From Candidatus Alkanophaga volatiphilum (lineage in GTDB: Archaea; Halobacteriota; Syntropharchaeia; Alkanophagales; B39-G2): 64,000 nucleotides of DNA. This document shows, in pieces, positions 17,899 to 28,096 of this stretch. Location: positions 10,049 through 74,048 of the forward strand of contig JAPHEE010000003.1 in the NCBI GenBank assembly GCA_029259545.1, in the 5' to 3' direction. The first letter of the stretch is position 1, and each line of letters opens with the position of its first letter. The notes under the pieces are model-generated. The model was not told where the DNA came from and did not search any database. It was given only the letters and a program-made list of their open reading frames with translations. A program made the translations under genes and the position numbers.

Positions 17899-19131
17899 TT
17901 AACGGTTCAGCCGCATGTGCGCCTCCGCAAGGTGTCGTGCGCCGAGAGCACCGATTAACGAGACCTCGCCGGCGAGCACTGCTGCCGCCACGATTTCAGC
18001 GAACTTCTTGGCGTTGCTGCCGGGCGGGTTGCCGGGACCGTAGACGCCCATTATGGAGAGCGCTTCTTTCTGCGTGCCGAGGGCGGTGCCGCCACCGACA
18101 GTTCCTACCTGTAACGACGGTAGCGTCACTGCAAAGTAAAGGTCGCCGTCCTCGGTGACCTCCGCCGTCGTGATCCCGTGCGAGCCCTCGACCACATGTG
18201 CCTCATCCTGACCGGTGGCGATGAATATCGCCGCGATTATGTTGGCGAAGTGAGCATTGAAGCCATAAGCTGCAGCCTGGGCGCTGCCGACGAAGCACTT
18301 CCGGTAGCAAACCTCAGCCATGGCTTCGGGCGTCGTCTTCAGCACCTCTTTGACCACCTCACGCTTTAAGACCACCTCCGAGACGACCGTTTTGCCCCGA
18401 CCGCGGAGAAAATTCATCGCCGACGGTTTTTTGTCGACGCAAAGATTGCCTGAGAGGGCTATGTGTTCTAAGTCAAGCTCCTGCTCTAGGAACTTAAGGA
18501 TTTCGTCTGTCGCGAACGTCGCCATGTTCATGCCCATGGCGTCGCCGGTGCCGTAAACGAAACGTAAGAACAGGTTCCTACCGACGATGTAAGGCTCGAT
18601 CCGTTGCAGCGTGATGAATGGGTCGGTGTCCTCCGCTATTTTCTTCAACTTTTCAAAGTTCTCTTCGATGAAGCGGGCGGCGCGCACGGCGTGCTCCGCG
18701 CTCTTAGCTTTCAGCACGGGACCCCGCGCCATGCCGTCCCGCAGCACGAAGGAGCGGGCGCCACCACTGCGGTTTATGGCGGTACAGCCTCGATTCACCG
18801 ACGCGACGAGGGCGCCTTCGGTGGTGGCTAGGGGTATAAAGTAGGAGCCGTCTGCGAATTCACCTTTAACCTGAAGAGGCCCTGCAATGCCCAGCGGGAG
18901 CTGCGCCACACCTATCATATTCTCGATGTTCGCCTTCATCGCCCTGTTGGCATCTATGGAGAAGTTGCCGATGTTTTCGAGACGCACGCCGGTTATGCGT
19001 TCGATTGCGCGACGACGTAGCTCCGTCGCCTTGAAACTATCGCCGCCCGTGTAATCCTCGACCTCGTACAGCTTTATCTCACCCTTCACGATCTTCTCCA
19101 CAATCTCTTCATCACGCACCTCAACGCTCAA
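17899..19131 (-). CDS. hmgA: hydroxymethylglutaryl-CoA reductase (class I)
   Basis: 410 aa; GDAMGMNMATFATDE and catalytic region motifs. Confidence 0.85.
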   Translation of the reverse strand: MSVEVRDEEIVEKIVKGEIKLYEVEDYTGGDSFKATELRRRAIERITGVRLENIGNFSIDANRAMKANIENMIGVAQLPLGIAGPLQVKGEFADGSYFIPLATTEGALVASVNRGCTAINRSGGARSFVLRDGMARGPVLKAKSAEHAVRAARFIEENFEKLKKIAEDTDPFITLQRIEPYIVGRNLFLRFVYGTGDAMGMNMATFATDEILKFLEQELDLEHIALSGNLCVDKKPSAMNFLRGRGKTVVSEVVLKREVVKEVLKTTPEAMAEVCYRKCFVGSAQAAAYGFNAHFANIIAAIFIATGQDEAHVVEGSHGITTAEVTEDGDLYFAVTLPSLQVGTVGGGTALGTQKEALSIMGVYGPGNPPGSNAKKFAEIVAAAVLAGEVSLIGALGARHLAEAHMRLNR

Positions 19132-19210
19132 GTTTCCGCATCACCGTGGTTGCTATTTTCTTGCACATCGGTACGAGGAGGGAAAATTTAAATGTTTCGT
19201 CAATCTCAAA

Positions 19211-19483
19211 TTGGGCTCTACGGTAAAGGGGCGTGCGAGCATGAGGCAGGAGCAACGTGAAAAGGAAAAACGAATGTGGAGGTTGGGGTTTTTGGGCTTC
19301 TTGGGATTCCTAGGGTTTCAGGCATTTGCGTTTCACGACCCCTGGCTGCTGTTCCTCTTTTGTCTGTTCAGCCTCTTCGGATACTTCAGATACTACAACG
19401 AGAAGCTGAAGCACCTCTGGTGGCTCGGAGTTGCGGGGTTGATCGTAGCCGTTCTCGGGGTCTTGGGTTTTATCAGGGTGTAG
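19211..19483 (+). CDS. possible small membrane protein
   Basis: hydrophobic repeats LGFLGFLGFLGF and a second TM helix; weak evidence. Confidence 0.2.
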   Translation: MGSTVKGRASMRQEQREKEKRMWRLGFLGFLGFLGFQAFAFHDPWLLFLFCLFSLFGYFRYYNEKLKHLWWLGVAGLIVAVLGVLGFIRV

Positions 19484-20326
19484 GAAATAGTGCCACTTCA
19501 GTCCGGTTCGCCCTTTCGTTTTCTAATCGCTTTGGATTCACTTTCACTTATGTTCGCACATCGCTCCAAGTGCCACATAAAACCTATGGGTGATCTCTGG
19601 AAACGGTAGTCCAGTATTTCTGGAAGTGAGAAAACAGCTACTGAAAAAAGATATACGGATTCCTTCCACAGATTGGATTCATGATTATGCCCCGAGGTTG
19701 GGGATTGGGGAATACTTTATTGTTGAAGTTCCGAAAGGAAAACGATCGAAGAAGCGTGGGGTTATGTAGAGAGGGCAGAGGAGTGCTTTAGAGCGTGTCA
19801 AAGGGGTTTTCGCAAACTGCCGAGAAGTTGGAACGTTGCTTAACAAAATTGTAGGCGATAAATTCAAAAGCTCTCCAACGATTAGAAAATGGAACAAAGT
19901 GATCGGAAAGTTTGAGCACTTGGCGTCGTTAGGTCTGCATGTGGAGGAGATAAAGAAGGAAAGGCCTGAAGGGGATGTCAGCCACTCCCGTCTGAAGAAC
20001 GGGAGCTTGCTCACAATGTCCCGCCGGGACGTTCATCAGCCAATCAGGACGGCTGCTTCGCCTCACGGGCTGGAAAGCTGGCAGACCGCTCCAGCCCACG
20101 AGAACAAATACGCAAAACACATATAAATAATCTTCGCCAATTCCTCCCCCCGACAGGGGGCTTCCTTGGCGGTGGGAGTGTGAAGATTGGGAAAGCGGAG
20201 GCTGAGCACGTACTGATTTAAGGCATTAATCAAGTATGCGGAAGAGTTGTTAAAGGGAGGCTGACCTGAAGCGAGCTATGCTCAAATTTCACTGCGGCAA
20301 GGCTTCACACCGGAACGTCGAGTGAG

Positions 20327-20863
20327 ATGCCCAGCTTGCAAATTAAACGGCGGGATGAAAATATGACAAAATTGCACCTGATTGGTCACATAGTATATGC
20401 TGGCTTGTATGGAATATTGATGGCATCCGCAATCTCTTGTTATAATTCTGCCAATTTGGCGGAGCTACTTTACGCAGGATGGGCAATCTTGACATTTGGA
20501 ATTATCTTTTTGCTATGGTCAAGCAAATCACGAAAGAAAAGGTATAGAGAGAACATGAGTAAGAGTAGGGAAACTTTTGTTGAAAGCGGGACGTATGCTT
20601 TTGTTCGCCATCCAGAATTCCTCAGTCACATCCTGATAATTTTTGCACTGATTGTTATCTCGCAACACTGGATCAGCTTGGCTGTCGGCACAATCCTAAT
20701 TGTTCTACTGTGTCTTGCTATGGTAGAAGAAGAAAGGAGAAACATAGAAAAGTTTGGCGATGCATATAAGGATTATATGAAAAGAGTTCCGAGAATAAAT
20801 TTAGTAGCCGGAATTGTCGGGCAAATGCGTAGCGGGAGAGGAAATAAGAGAAAAAGCAGATGA
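20327..20863 (+). CDS. isoprenylcysteine carboxyl methyltransferase (ICMT/PEMT) family membrane protein
   Basis: TYAFVRHPEFLSHILIIFALIVIS...EEERRNIEKFGDAYKDYMKRVPR signature; lower-GC gene. Confidence 0.65.
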   Translation: MPSLQIKRRDENMTKLHLIGHIVYAGLYGILMASAISCYNSANLAELLYAGWAILTFGIIFLLWSSKSRKKRYRENMSKSRETFVESGTYAFVRHPEFLSHILIIFALIVISQHWISLAVGTILIVLLCLAMVEEERRNIEKFGDAYKDYMKRVPRINLVAGIVGQMRSGRGNKRKSR

Positions 20864-20884
20864 AACTCTAAAATGAGTGGGCGC

Positions 20885-20990
20885 CCTGCGGTGCTTCGTG
20901 CCTCGCCCTTTGGGTTACTTAACAGGTGGATATTTGGTCCGCTTACGCTCGCCCAAATTTGCTCCGCAAACTTTACATATCCCTAACATT
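20885..20990 (+). repeat. direct repeat copy 1 (island boundary / duplicated upstream region)
   Basis: CAGGTGGATATTTGGTCCGCTTACGCTCGCCCAAATTTGCTCCGCAAACTTTACATATCCC, about 85% identical to 23374-23434, with weaker similarity extending 40 nt upstream. Confidence 0.55.
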
Positions 20991-21066
20991 AGGTGAAACG
21001 ATTTCCATCGCCTCGAAAAGATTTAAAATTAAGGAAGTTAATTTTTCTATTAACAGGGTGAGAAGA

Positions 21067-21375
21067 ATGCTGACTTCAGAAGAGATATTGAGGAAAATAG
21101 AGGAAAATAGAGATAAAATCAAAAGATTTGGGGTTAAAAGGATAGGTTTGTTTGGCTCATATGCAAGGGGGGAGCAGAGAGCAGAGAGTGATGTAGATAT
21201 AGTGGTGGAATTTGAAAAGGGAAAGGCGACCTTTGATAATTTTCTGAATCTGGCAGAATATCTGGAAGAGCTTCTGGGTAAAAAAATTGATCTGCTCACA
21301 AAGGAGGGTGTAAGAAGTATAAAAATAGAACACATCCGAAAAGAAATTGAGGAGAATGTGATCTATGTCTCGTAG
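21067..21375 (+). CDS. mntA: nucleotidyltransferase antitoxin (MntA-like, minimal nucleotidyltransferase)
   Basis: GLFGSYARGEQRAESDVDIVVEF motif; start moved to internal MLTSEEILRK because the ORF-track start lies inside the direct repeat. Confidence 0.7.
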   Translation: MLTSEEILRKIEENRDKIKRFGVKRIGLFGSYARGEQRAESDVDIVVEFEKGKATFDNFLNLAEYLEELLGKKIDLLTKEGVRSIKIEHIRKEIEENVIYVS

Positions 21376-21607
21376 AGGCGATAGAGAGTTCCTGCTTGAT
21401 ATACTTGAAGCATGTAACAGAATTATTGATTTCACAAAAGACATGTCATACGATGAATTTGCAGAAGACATAAAAACACAGGATGCGGTATTACGAAACA
21501 TAGAGATAATAGGTGAGGCTGTTAAGAATATATCGGATGAACTAAAAAACAGACACGGCGATATAGAATGGAAAAAGATTGCAGGATACACTTCTATTTC
21601 GGAGTGA
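21365..21607 (+). CDS. hepT: HepT-like (DUF86) HEPN toxin
   Basis: 80 aa overlapping mntA by 11 nt; HEPN-like helix pattern with R-x4-6-H region (NRHGDIEW). Confidence 0.65.
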   Translation: MSRRGDREFLLDILEACNRIIDFTKDMSYDEFAEDIKTQDAVLRNIEIIGEAVKNISDELKNRHGDIEWKKIAGYTSISE

Positions 21608-21813
21608 ATTTAGATATAGTCTGGGACGTTGCCAGAAATAAAGTTCCGGTATTGAAAGATAAGATTTCAAAGTTATTATCGGAACTGGAGTGAAAAAAGG
21701 GAAATTAAAGTATGCAATGGTGTGCACTCTTGCAACCCGAAGGGTTGCTTGGGGCTAACGCCCTCACTCATGAACACAACGAAACGGTTGTCGCTCATAC
21801 AGCAGTTGCTAAA

Positions 21814-22242
21814 ATGGAGAAGATCTCCTTATGGCAGATCGGAAAAGAGAAAGTTATTGAAATGGATACAAAATTAGCCAATAATTTGATTTCAACTCTT
21901 GAAAACGTGAATTTACAAGGAACGTGTGCCATATTTGAAGAAGACGTTGAAAAACTGAAGCAAGAAGGCAGGATAATTGAAATTACATTCAGAGAGCCGA
22001 TCAACGTAACGATAAGCCAATGGATTAAACCAGAGGATAGGAATCACATTCCAATTAATGCAAGCGGTTACAGGATTCTGACAAACGTTGAAAAAGCAGT
22101 ATTTGTCTTGAAAGGAGATTACGAAGGAAATATACTAACAAAAAGTGCCGATGTTAAAGGATATGGTTGCTGGGCAATCTCAAAAGATGGTGAGATAGAC
22201 AAAAATTGGATAAGTGAGGTTGAAAAGGAGGTTGAAAAATGA
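21814..22242 (+). CDS. hypothetical protein
   Basis: AT-rich ORF; start moved to internal MEKISLW; no recognisable domain. Confidence 0.4.
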   Translation: MEKISLWQIGKEKVIEMDTKLANNLISTLENVNLQGTCAIFEEDVEKLKQEGRIIEITFREPINVTISQWIKPEDRNHIPINASGYRILTNVEKAVFVLKGDYEGNILTKSADVKGYGCWAISKDGEIDKNWISEVEKEVEK

Positions 22243-23291
22243 GAAAAAAGTTAATAGCTCTCAGCATTCTTTGCATCCTCGTAGGATTCGTCGGTATAAC
22301 CATTAATCACTTAAATTCTGATCAGATTTACACCTGCATTTCACCGAGCGCTTATGGCTTGCCTTTATCCAGCTTGTGGAAAACTGTTTTGGAAAATGCT
22401 GGGGTGGAAAACGAGACAGCCGTTTTACAGTGGCTTTACGTTAAGATAGATAGAGATGGGAGAGTTGAGCACATCGTTTTGCAGTTCTCCGGAACTTTCG
22501 ATGGAGAGCCGAGGTGGTATCAGGTTGAGGTCTCTTGTGGAAAGGTGAGGTGGCACTCGTGGAAAGCTGAGAAAGTTGGCGAAGGCTTGCACCCCTTAAC
22601 CCTGTTCAAGGAGATAGAGAAGCTCAACCTTAGAGAAATACCTTCTGGCGAGAACGGTATTACCATCGACACAGCTCCGATATCGGGAAGCGTTGGATAC
22701 GAAGACAAGTATTCCGACATCTACCTTCTGAAAAATGGCGTGCTAATCCGATTGAAGAGGATAATCTTTGATAGCGACATACCTTGGTATCCGATTGGGA
22801 TTTGCAAGAGGGAAAAATACAACGCATCTGTAGTCGAAGCCAACAGAATTGAGGTTAGCAAGAATGTTGTCATCAACTTAACCAAGGGAAATAAGGAAAA
22901 CCAGTGTATCGTGATTTTCATCCCCCAAGACTTGAGCAAAGCTAAAGTCGTTGAGTATAGAGAAGGTTTGATGACACCACCACTCCAGAAGCTTGAGGAG
23001 GTATCAAGACAACATCCAATAGTTAAAAAATACCTTGAAATGCATCCAAGTGCAACATATTACGTTGAAATGGTATATCTTACATCTGAGGGCTTAGTTT
23101 ACCAAGTTGACGAACAATGGAGGATAAAAGATTTTGAAAGCGTTAGTAGTGCCGGTAAACCCGCAGATGGTAAAGATCATTACTGCTGGGTTGTTCACTG
23201 GCACGATCCTACGCCAGGAGTTGGCATAGACCATATTGTTGTCTACATTGATAGAGACACCTATGATAGCGTGTTTGTCCAAGAAGGGTAA
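22239..23291 (+). CDS. hypothetical membrane-anchored/secreted protein
   Basis: 350 aa, N-terminal TM/signal MRKKLIALSILCILVGFVGITI; start overlaps upstream stop (ATGA). Confidence 0.5.
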   Translation: MRKKLIALSILCILVGFVGITINHLNSDQIYTCISPSAYGLPLSSLWKTVLENAGVENETAVLQWLYVKIDRDGRVEHIVLQFSGTFDGEPRWYQVEVSCGKVRWHSWKAEKVGEGLHPLTLFKEIEKLNLREIPSGENGITIDTAPISGSVGYEDKYSDIYLLKNGVLIRLKRIIFDSDIPWYPIGICKREKYNASVVEANRIEVSKNVVINLTKGNKENQCIVIFIPQDLSKAKVVEYREGLMTPPLQKLEEVSRQHPIVKKYLEMHPSATYYVEMVYLTSEGLVYQVDEQWRIKDFESVSSAGKPADGKDHYCWVVHWHDPTPGVGIDHIVVYIDRDTYDSVFVQEG

Positions 23292-23334
23292 AGGTGTTGA
23301 AAATAAAAAGAGGAAAATGATAGGCGGGACTTCG

Positions 23335-23441
23335 TGAACTCTCCGCTTTGCTTCGGTGCCAACACTCGGACGACAGGTGGATATGTGGCTTCGCTACGCT
23401 CACCCAAATTTGCTCTGCAAACTTTACATATCCCCAGAATG
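23335..23441 (+). repeat. direct repeat copy 2
   Basis: matches 20885-20990 (see copy 1). Confidence 0.55.
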
Positions 23442-23470
23442 TTAGGCAAAATGCTTAAGGTGTAGAGAAA

Positions 23471-23806
23471 ATGAACGACCAAATAAATCCAGAACCACTA
23501 AATAAAACTGGCAAAGTGATGGTAGCCTTAATAATATTGGAAGTTATAGTAATGTGGATGTTTGCAATTTACGCTTATTTAACCCTTCCCCAGGAAGTTC
23601 CTGTTCACTTTGGATTTAAAGGAGAACCAACAAGGTATGGTGATAAATCTACATTTTTAATCGTTCCAGCAGCATTCAGCATAGCTCCTGTAATATTTCT
23701 CTTCTGGACAAAGTTTAGATTTACTCTAATTAACAGAATCAACATAACGAAAGTTTCTCCAGAAAAAAGGGGTTGCCGGAGTTGTTCCTCCCGACCAGAA
23801 CGGTGA
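23471..23806 (+). CDS. DUF1648 (SdpI/YhfL N-terminal-like) membrane protein, possibly 3'-truncated at the island edge
   Basis: LPQEVPVHFGFKGEPTRYGDKST motif; the C-terminal tail runs into GC-rich sequence (CRSCSSRPER), suggesting junction or truncation. Confidence 0.5.
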   Translation: MNDQINPEPLNKTGKVMVALIILEVIVMWMFAIYAYLTLPQEVPVHFGFKGEPTRYGDKSTFLIVPAAFSIAPVIFLFWTKFRFTLINRINITKVSPEKRGCRSCSSRPER

Positions 23807-24048
23807 ACTTGGAAAATTCCAGCGGCTTTTTACAGCTCCTGATGCCCCTGAATTCCCTAATGTTCACCTGTGAGACGAACATGGCAACCATCTCAACGTT
23901 GCTGCCGGCACTCTTAAACGTTGTCGCCGACGGGTTAAGGTCGTCGCCACGTGAGCGCTGGTACGGGAGATCCACGATCGTACTAATAGCTTGTCCGTGG
24001 GAATTTCCAAGCGGACAAGCTAAATACTCCCGGAACTAACTAAGGGGG

Positions 24049-25149
24049 ATGCAAGCGGTACTAGCGCTCGAGGACGGCACGCTTGTGGAGGGCGTGGGCT
24101 TCGGGTACCCGAAGGTGGCGACCGGCGAGCTTGTGTTCGCAACGCCGATCACGGGCTACGAGGAGGCGCTGACCGACCCCTCGTACAAGGGGCAGATTCT
24201 CATGCTCACGTACCCGCTCATCGGGAACTACGGGGTCAGCGGCGCCAGATTCCAGTCCGACGGGATAAAGGTGGAGGGCTTCGTCGTGCGTGAAATATGC
24301 GAGCGTCCGTCGCACCACAAGTCGAGGATGACTATAGACGAGTTTTTGCGTTCGGAAGGCATCCCCGGAATTTGCGAGGTGGACACGAGGATGCTCACGA
24401 TAAAGACGAGGCGCTACGGCACGATGAAGGCGTGCCTCGTCGTGAAGGAGACGATAAGTGACGCCGACAGAGAAAAAGCGCTGGAGCTGGCGGAGAAGCA
24501 GCCCGACATTTCCGAGCTCGACCTGATAGAGCAGGTGACTTGCAGGAAGCCCTACAGGATAAAGGGCAGAGGCAAGAGGATAGCGGTGCTGGATATGGGC
24601 ATCAAGCGCAACATCCTGAAGAGCTTAGAGCGACGTGACCTCGACATTTACGTGTTCCCGGCGTGGACGCCCCCCTCCGAGATCGAGGGCGTGGAGCCCG
24701 CCGCCATCCTGCTCTCCAACGGTCCCGGCGACCCCAAACGTGGGAAGAACGCCGTGAGCGTCGTGAAGCACTTCTTAGGGCGGCTCCCGATATTCGGCAT
24801 CTGCTTGGGGCACCAGATAATAGCGTTGGCGCTGGGCGCCTCCACGTACAAGCTGAAGTTCGGGCATCGGGGCGCAAACCAGCCGGTCAAGGACCTCAAG
24901 CTCGGAAGGGTCTTCATAACGTCGCAGAACCACGGGTTTGCCGTCGCCGAGGAGTCGCTGGACGCTGCGGAGGAGGGCACGCAGGTTACGCAGATAAATG
25001 CGAACGACTCGACGGTCGAGGGTCTGGAAAACCCGTACTTGGGCGTGCACTGCGTGCAGTACCATCCCGAGGCGTGCCCCGGACCCTGGGACACCGAACG
25101 CCTCTTCTTCGACAAGCTCCTCAAAATCGTGGACACGTGGCGTGCCTGA
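24049..25149 (+). CDS. carA: carbamoyl-phosphate synthase small (glutamine amidotransferase) subunit
   Basis: 366 aa; CarA N-domain plus class I GATase ICLGHQ motif. Confidence 0.85.
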   Translation: MQAVLALEDGTLVEGVGFGYPKVATGELVFATPITGYEEALTDPSYKGQILMLTYPLIGNYGVSGARFQSDGIKVEGFVVREICERPSHHKSRMTIDEFLRSEGIPGICEVDTRMLTIKTRRYGTMKACLVVKETISDADREKALELAEKQPDISELDLIEQVTCRKPYRIKGRGKRIAVLDMGIKRNILKSLERRDLDIYVFPAWTPPSEIEGVEPAAILLSNGPGDPKRGKNAVSVVKHFLGRLPIFGICLGHQIIALALGASTYKLKFGHRGANQPVKDLKLGRVFITSQNHGFAVAEESLDAAEEGTQVTQINANDSTVEGLENPYLGVHCVQYHPEACPGPWDTERLFFDKLLKIVDTWRA

Positions 25150-25467
25150 AACAAACAGCTTGGACAGCCGAGGCTCCGGCGACGCCCCGCAGATTTCTGA
25201 ATTCGTGCCTCCTACGCTTTGACCTCCACGTTGCGCCGCACCACCCAGCCAGCACTGTAGGGGGCGTGCGGTGCGGGGCGGCGGCGCCCGCCGTGCGCGC
25301 CGTCGGTCTCTCGGCATCGTCCCCGCCGGCTGAGCCCGAACGAAGGTGATGATGGGGGTGGGGCACCGCCTCTAACGCTTGGAGCCGCTCGGCGCTCCGT
25401 GTTCGAGCGGACGCCCGCACCGCAGTTCGGCGGCAAAGCCGCCTCCCAAGCGCGCTCACGACCGCAC

Positions 25468-27063
25468 CTACCGTAGTAGAGCCCTGACAAATCCCGAATT
25501 GCCCCTGATATCAACCCTGCTGTACACATCATCCACAACCTCGAGCCCCCTCTTTATGCCGTCTATCCATTCCTCCATAGCATCTATCGCCTTAAACACC
25601 AAGCGAAGCATTACCCTTGAAACTAATGAATTTCCCTTCATCAACTTACCCACCAACCTTCTGGAATTGTAAACACTCAATTTCCAGCCAGCCACTATGC
25701 AATCTATCGCCTCTTCGGGTAATTTTAAGAGATATGTGAAGTCCGCCTCCTTCTTCCTCTCTATCGCCGAGCCTCCTATAGGTATAAGGAGCAGCGGGAA
25801 AGTCCAACCGATGAAACCCTCGCCTCTCAAATCATCTATCAGCTCTGTGGTCGCTATGTAATCATCTGCAGTTGCGTCCGGAAACCCCACAATGTATGTG
25901 TAACATGGATACCAGTACGCATCGTTAAATAGCTTTGAGGCTTCAATTAGAACATCCGGCCAGTCTTCAGGCTTGTACGGGCGCACCTTCCCCCTAAAAT
26001 ACTTGCTCACGATCCTCGGACTTGCGGACTCGAAACCTATTTGAGGAAACGCCGGCTCATCCTCGCTCAACCCCTCAATTTCCGAAATGTACTCGACCAC
26101 ATCCCTCATGACCAATGCAGAGGCGCAGGACACGTGGGAAAATCCGACCCTCCTCGAAATTCCGTACTTCGCCGCCAGGGATGTCGATGACTCAAATAAC
26201 TTTTTGACCGCGTCGGGGTTCAATCGCAGCCCGTCGGCTCCGTACAACAACACATCCTCGGTGACAAAACTTATGTTCTCCACGCCATTTCTCAAATTGA
26301 ACTCAATCTCTTTCAGGACGCTATCAAGTGGTATGGACCTGAACTTCCGCACCGTCGGATTGCAGAAGCGGCACCCCCTCGGACATCCTATCGTTATTTG
26401 AACCAGTCCGTTCCTGCTCGGAGTTGTTATTAGTGGAATCCTGTCCGCAGGTGCCGACTCTCCACGGATGTGTCTCGGCACCTCCTCGCCGTCAAGAATC
26501 CTCTTGACCATCAAAGGAAATGTCACTTCGCATTCACCATCGTACAACACATCTATACCGTACTCATCTTCATATCCTCTCAACTGCCAGTTGCCCGGTC
26601 CGCCCACGATCACCCTGAACCCGTACTTTTCCTTCAGACTTTTTATCTCATACATGAGCTTTTCAAACTCAAGTTCTGTGCACGTCTTCCCCCCACCGCT
26701 TAGCGACCTCAGCGTCCATGAGACGGGCGCCAAGCCCTTCGGGTCAAGCACGTGCACCCCGACTATTTCCGTGTCTTCACCGATAGCCTTTCTTATCATG
26801 TGCGGAGGGGTGACCACAACATCCTCTCGGCTGAAGCCGGAGGCGAGTAGAGAAGCTTCAACCTTACCCAGAGCGTAGGGGGCGTACTTTGCCCTCAAAC
26901 CATCGGTGGGCGTCTTAGGCGCCAGCAGGCGGTACTCCACAACCTTGGGCACGAGCCTGTACGGCATGCACAGCCCAAACCCAAAGAAATCAAAACCGTG
27001 GTAATCCGTGAAAACGGCTCTGTCTGCGGTCAAAACTATCCTCGTCACCTCGATCACCCCCAC
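25468..27063 (-). CDS. B12-binding-domain radical SAM protein
   Basis: CPRGCRFC radical-SAM cluster motif preceded by a B12-binding-like N-domain. Confidence 0.7.
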   Translation of the reverse strand: MGVIEVTRIVLTADRAVFTDYHGFDFFGFGLCMPYRLVPKVVEYRLLAPKTPTDGLRAKYAPYALGKVEASLLASGFSREDVVVTPPHMIRKAIGEDTEIVGVHVLDPKGLAPVSWTLRSLSGGGKTCTELEFEKLMYEIKSLKEKYGFRVIVGGPGNWQLRGYEDEYGIDVLYDGECEVTFPLMVKRILDGEEVPRHIRGESAPADRIPLITTPSRNGLVQITIGCPRGCRFCNPTVRKFRSIPLDSVLKEIEFNLRNGVENISFVTEDVLLYGADGLRLNPDAVKKLFESSTSLAAKYGISRRVGFSHVSCASALVMRDVVEYISEIEGLSEDEPAFPQIGFESASPRIVSKYFRGKVRPYKPEDWPDVLIEASKLFNDAYWYPCYTYIVGFPDATADDYIATTELIDDLRGEGFIGWTFPLLLIPIGGSAIERKKEADFTYLLKLPEEAIDCIVAGWKLSVYNSRRLVGKLMKGNSLVSRVMLRLVFKAIDAMEEWIDGIKRGLEVVDDVYSRVDIRGNSGFVRALLR

Positions 27064-27074
27064 AATTATATTGC

Positions 27075-28034
27075 GTGGACGCTACCATAACCCTGATGCC
27101 GAGCGTCAGCTTTGTGGGCAGGGTGTTGAGGGTGCTGCCGCCGGCGGGCGGCGCCGACGCCAAAAGTAGAAGCCTGATCGTCGCAAACGAGCGTGACTAC
27201 GTTCGTGTCTTCTTCCGGGACGAAAAGGCGGAGCTTCTCGACGAGATAAACGTCGGCGACGTCCTCCTCATCGAAAACGCCTACGCCGGCGGAAAGCACG
27301 CAACGAAAACCATCAGCGTCGGCAGATATGCGAGGGTCAAGAAGCTCGACTTGGAAGTCAAGGCGTTGCGGGACGTCGGAGCCACGCACCTCACGACGCT
27401 CGCCGTCGCCCGCCCCGAGCGCAACCACGTCTGCGTCGCCGGCATCGACGAGCACGGAAACTGGCTCCGCCTCCAGTCCATATACGAGGAGGACGTCTTC
27501 CCGCAGGGACGGGCGCCGAACTTCAGAAACCTCTGCGTCTCCAAGGTTTACGTGGACGAGTGGCGTGGCGGAAACCCACGGCTGGAGGATCGCTTCTTCG
27601 TGTTCGGCGGGGGCGTCGTCAGGGAGCTCGGCGACGAGGAGAAGAGGAGGTTTCTGGAGGAGCACTTGGACGAGTCGGTGGATGCCGTTTTCAAGAGCGG
27701 GCGGACGCTCGGGCTGATAAAGCCGAGGATCTTAAGGGCTTATGAAGACCGCCGGGCTCGCCGTGAGGGGCGGACGTACGAGCAGTACATAAGATTCGAC
27801 TTCAGGGACGGCGCCGGCAGGCTGTTCCGTGGCTGGTCGTGCCGCTGCCTGTCGTTCTACGACTTCTGGAACGAATTCAAGCGTCGGAAGCGCCTCTTCT
27901 TCGGCTACCGCATGCTGCGGTTCCTGCGGAGGCACACCGTCTATTTCTGCATTGGACTCACGCATACGGACTACGGCTTCAAAAACCTCGAATACGGGGC
28001 GTTCCCGATGGTCGTCGGCGTGCACATCGTCTGA
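27075..28034 (+). CDS. hypothetical protein (possible N-terminal OB-fold)
   Basis: protein-like composition; the competing antisense ORF 27066-27665 looks like GC-frame noise. Confidence 0.45.
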   Translation: MDATITLMPSVSFVGRVLRVLPPAGGADAKSRSLIVANERDYVRVFFRDEKAELLDEINVGDVLLIENAYAGGKHATKTISVGRYARVKKLDLEVKALRDVGATHLTTLAVARPERNHVCVAGIDEHGNWLRLQSIYEEDVFPQGRAPNFRNLCVSKVYVDEWRGGNPRLEDRFFVFGGGVVRELGDEEKRRFLEEHLDESVDAVFKSGRTLGLIKPRILRAYEDRRARREGRTYEQYIRFDFRDGAGRLFRGWSCRCLSFYDFWNEFKRRKRLFFGYRMLRFLRRHTVYFCIGLTHTDYGFKNLEYGAFPMVVGVHIV

Positions 28035-28096
28035 CCTTCCAGCTACCCGCCGGCAGCTCGCCGTCGCCCGTTGCCCGCCGCCGTCGCCGTCGAGCG

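Noticed and set aside
27066-27665. 199-aa minus-strand ORF
   Set aside because: Overlaps the more protein-like plus-strand ORF 27075-28034; treated as frame noise, though neither has a recognised domain.
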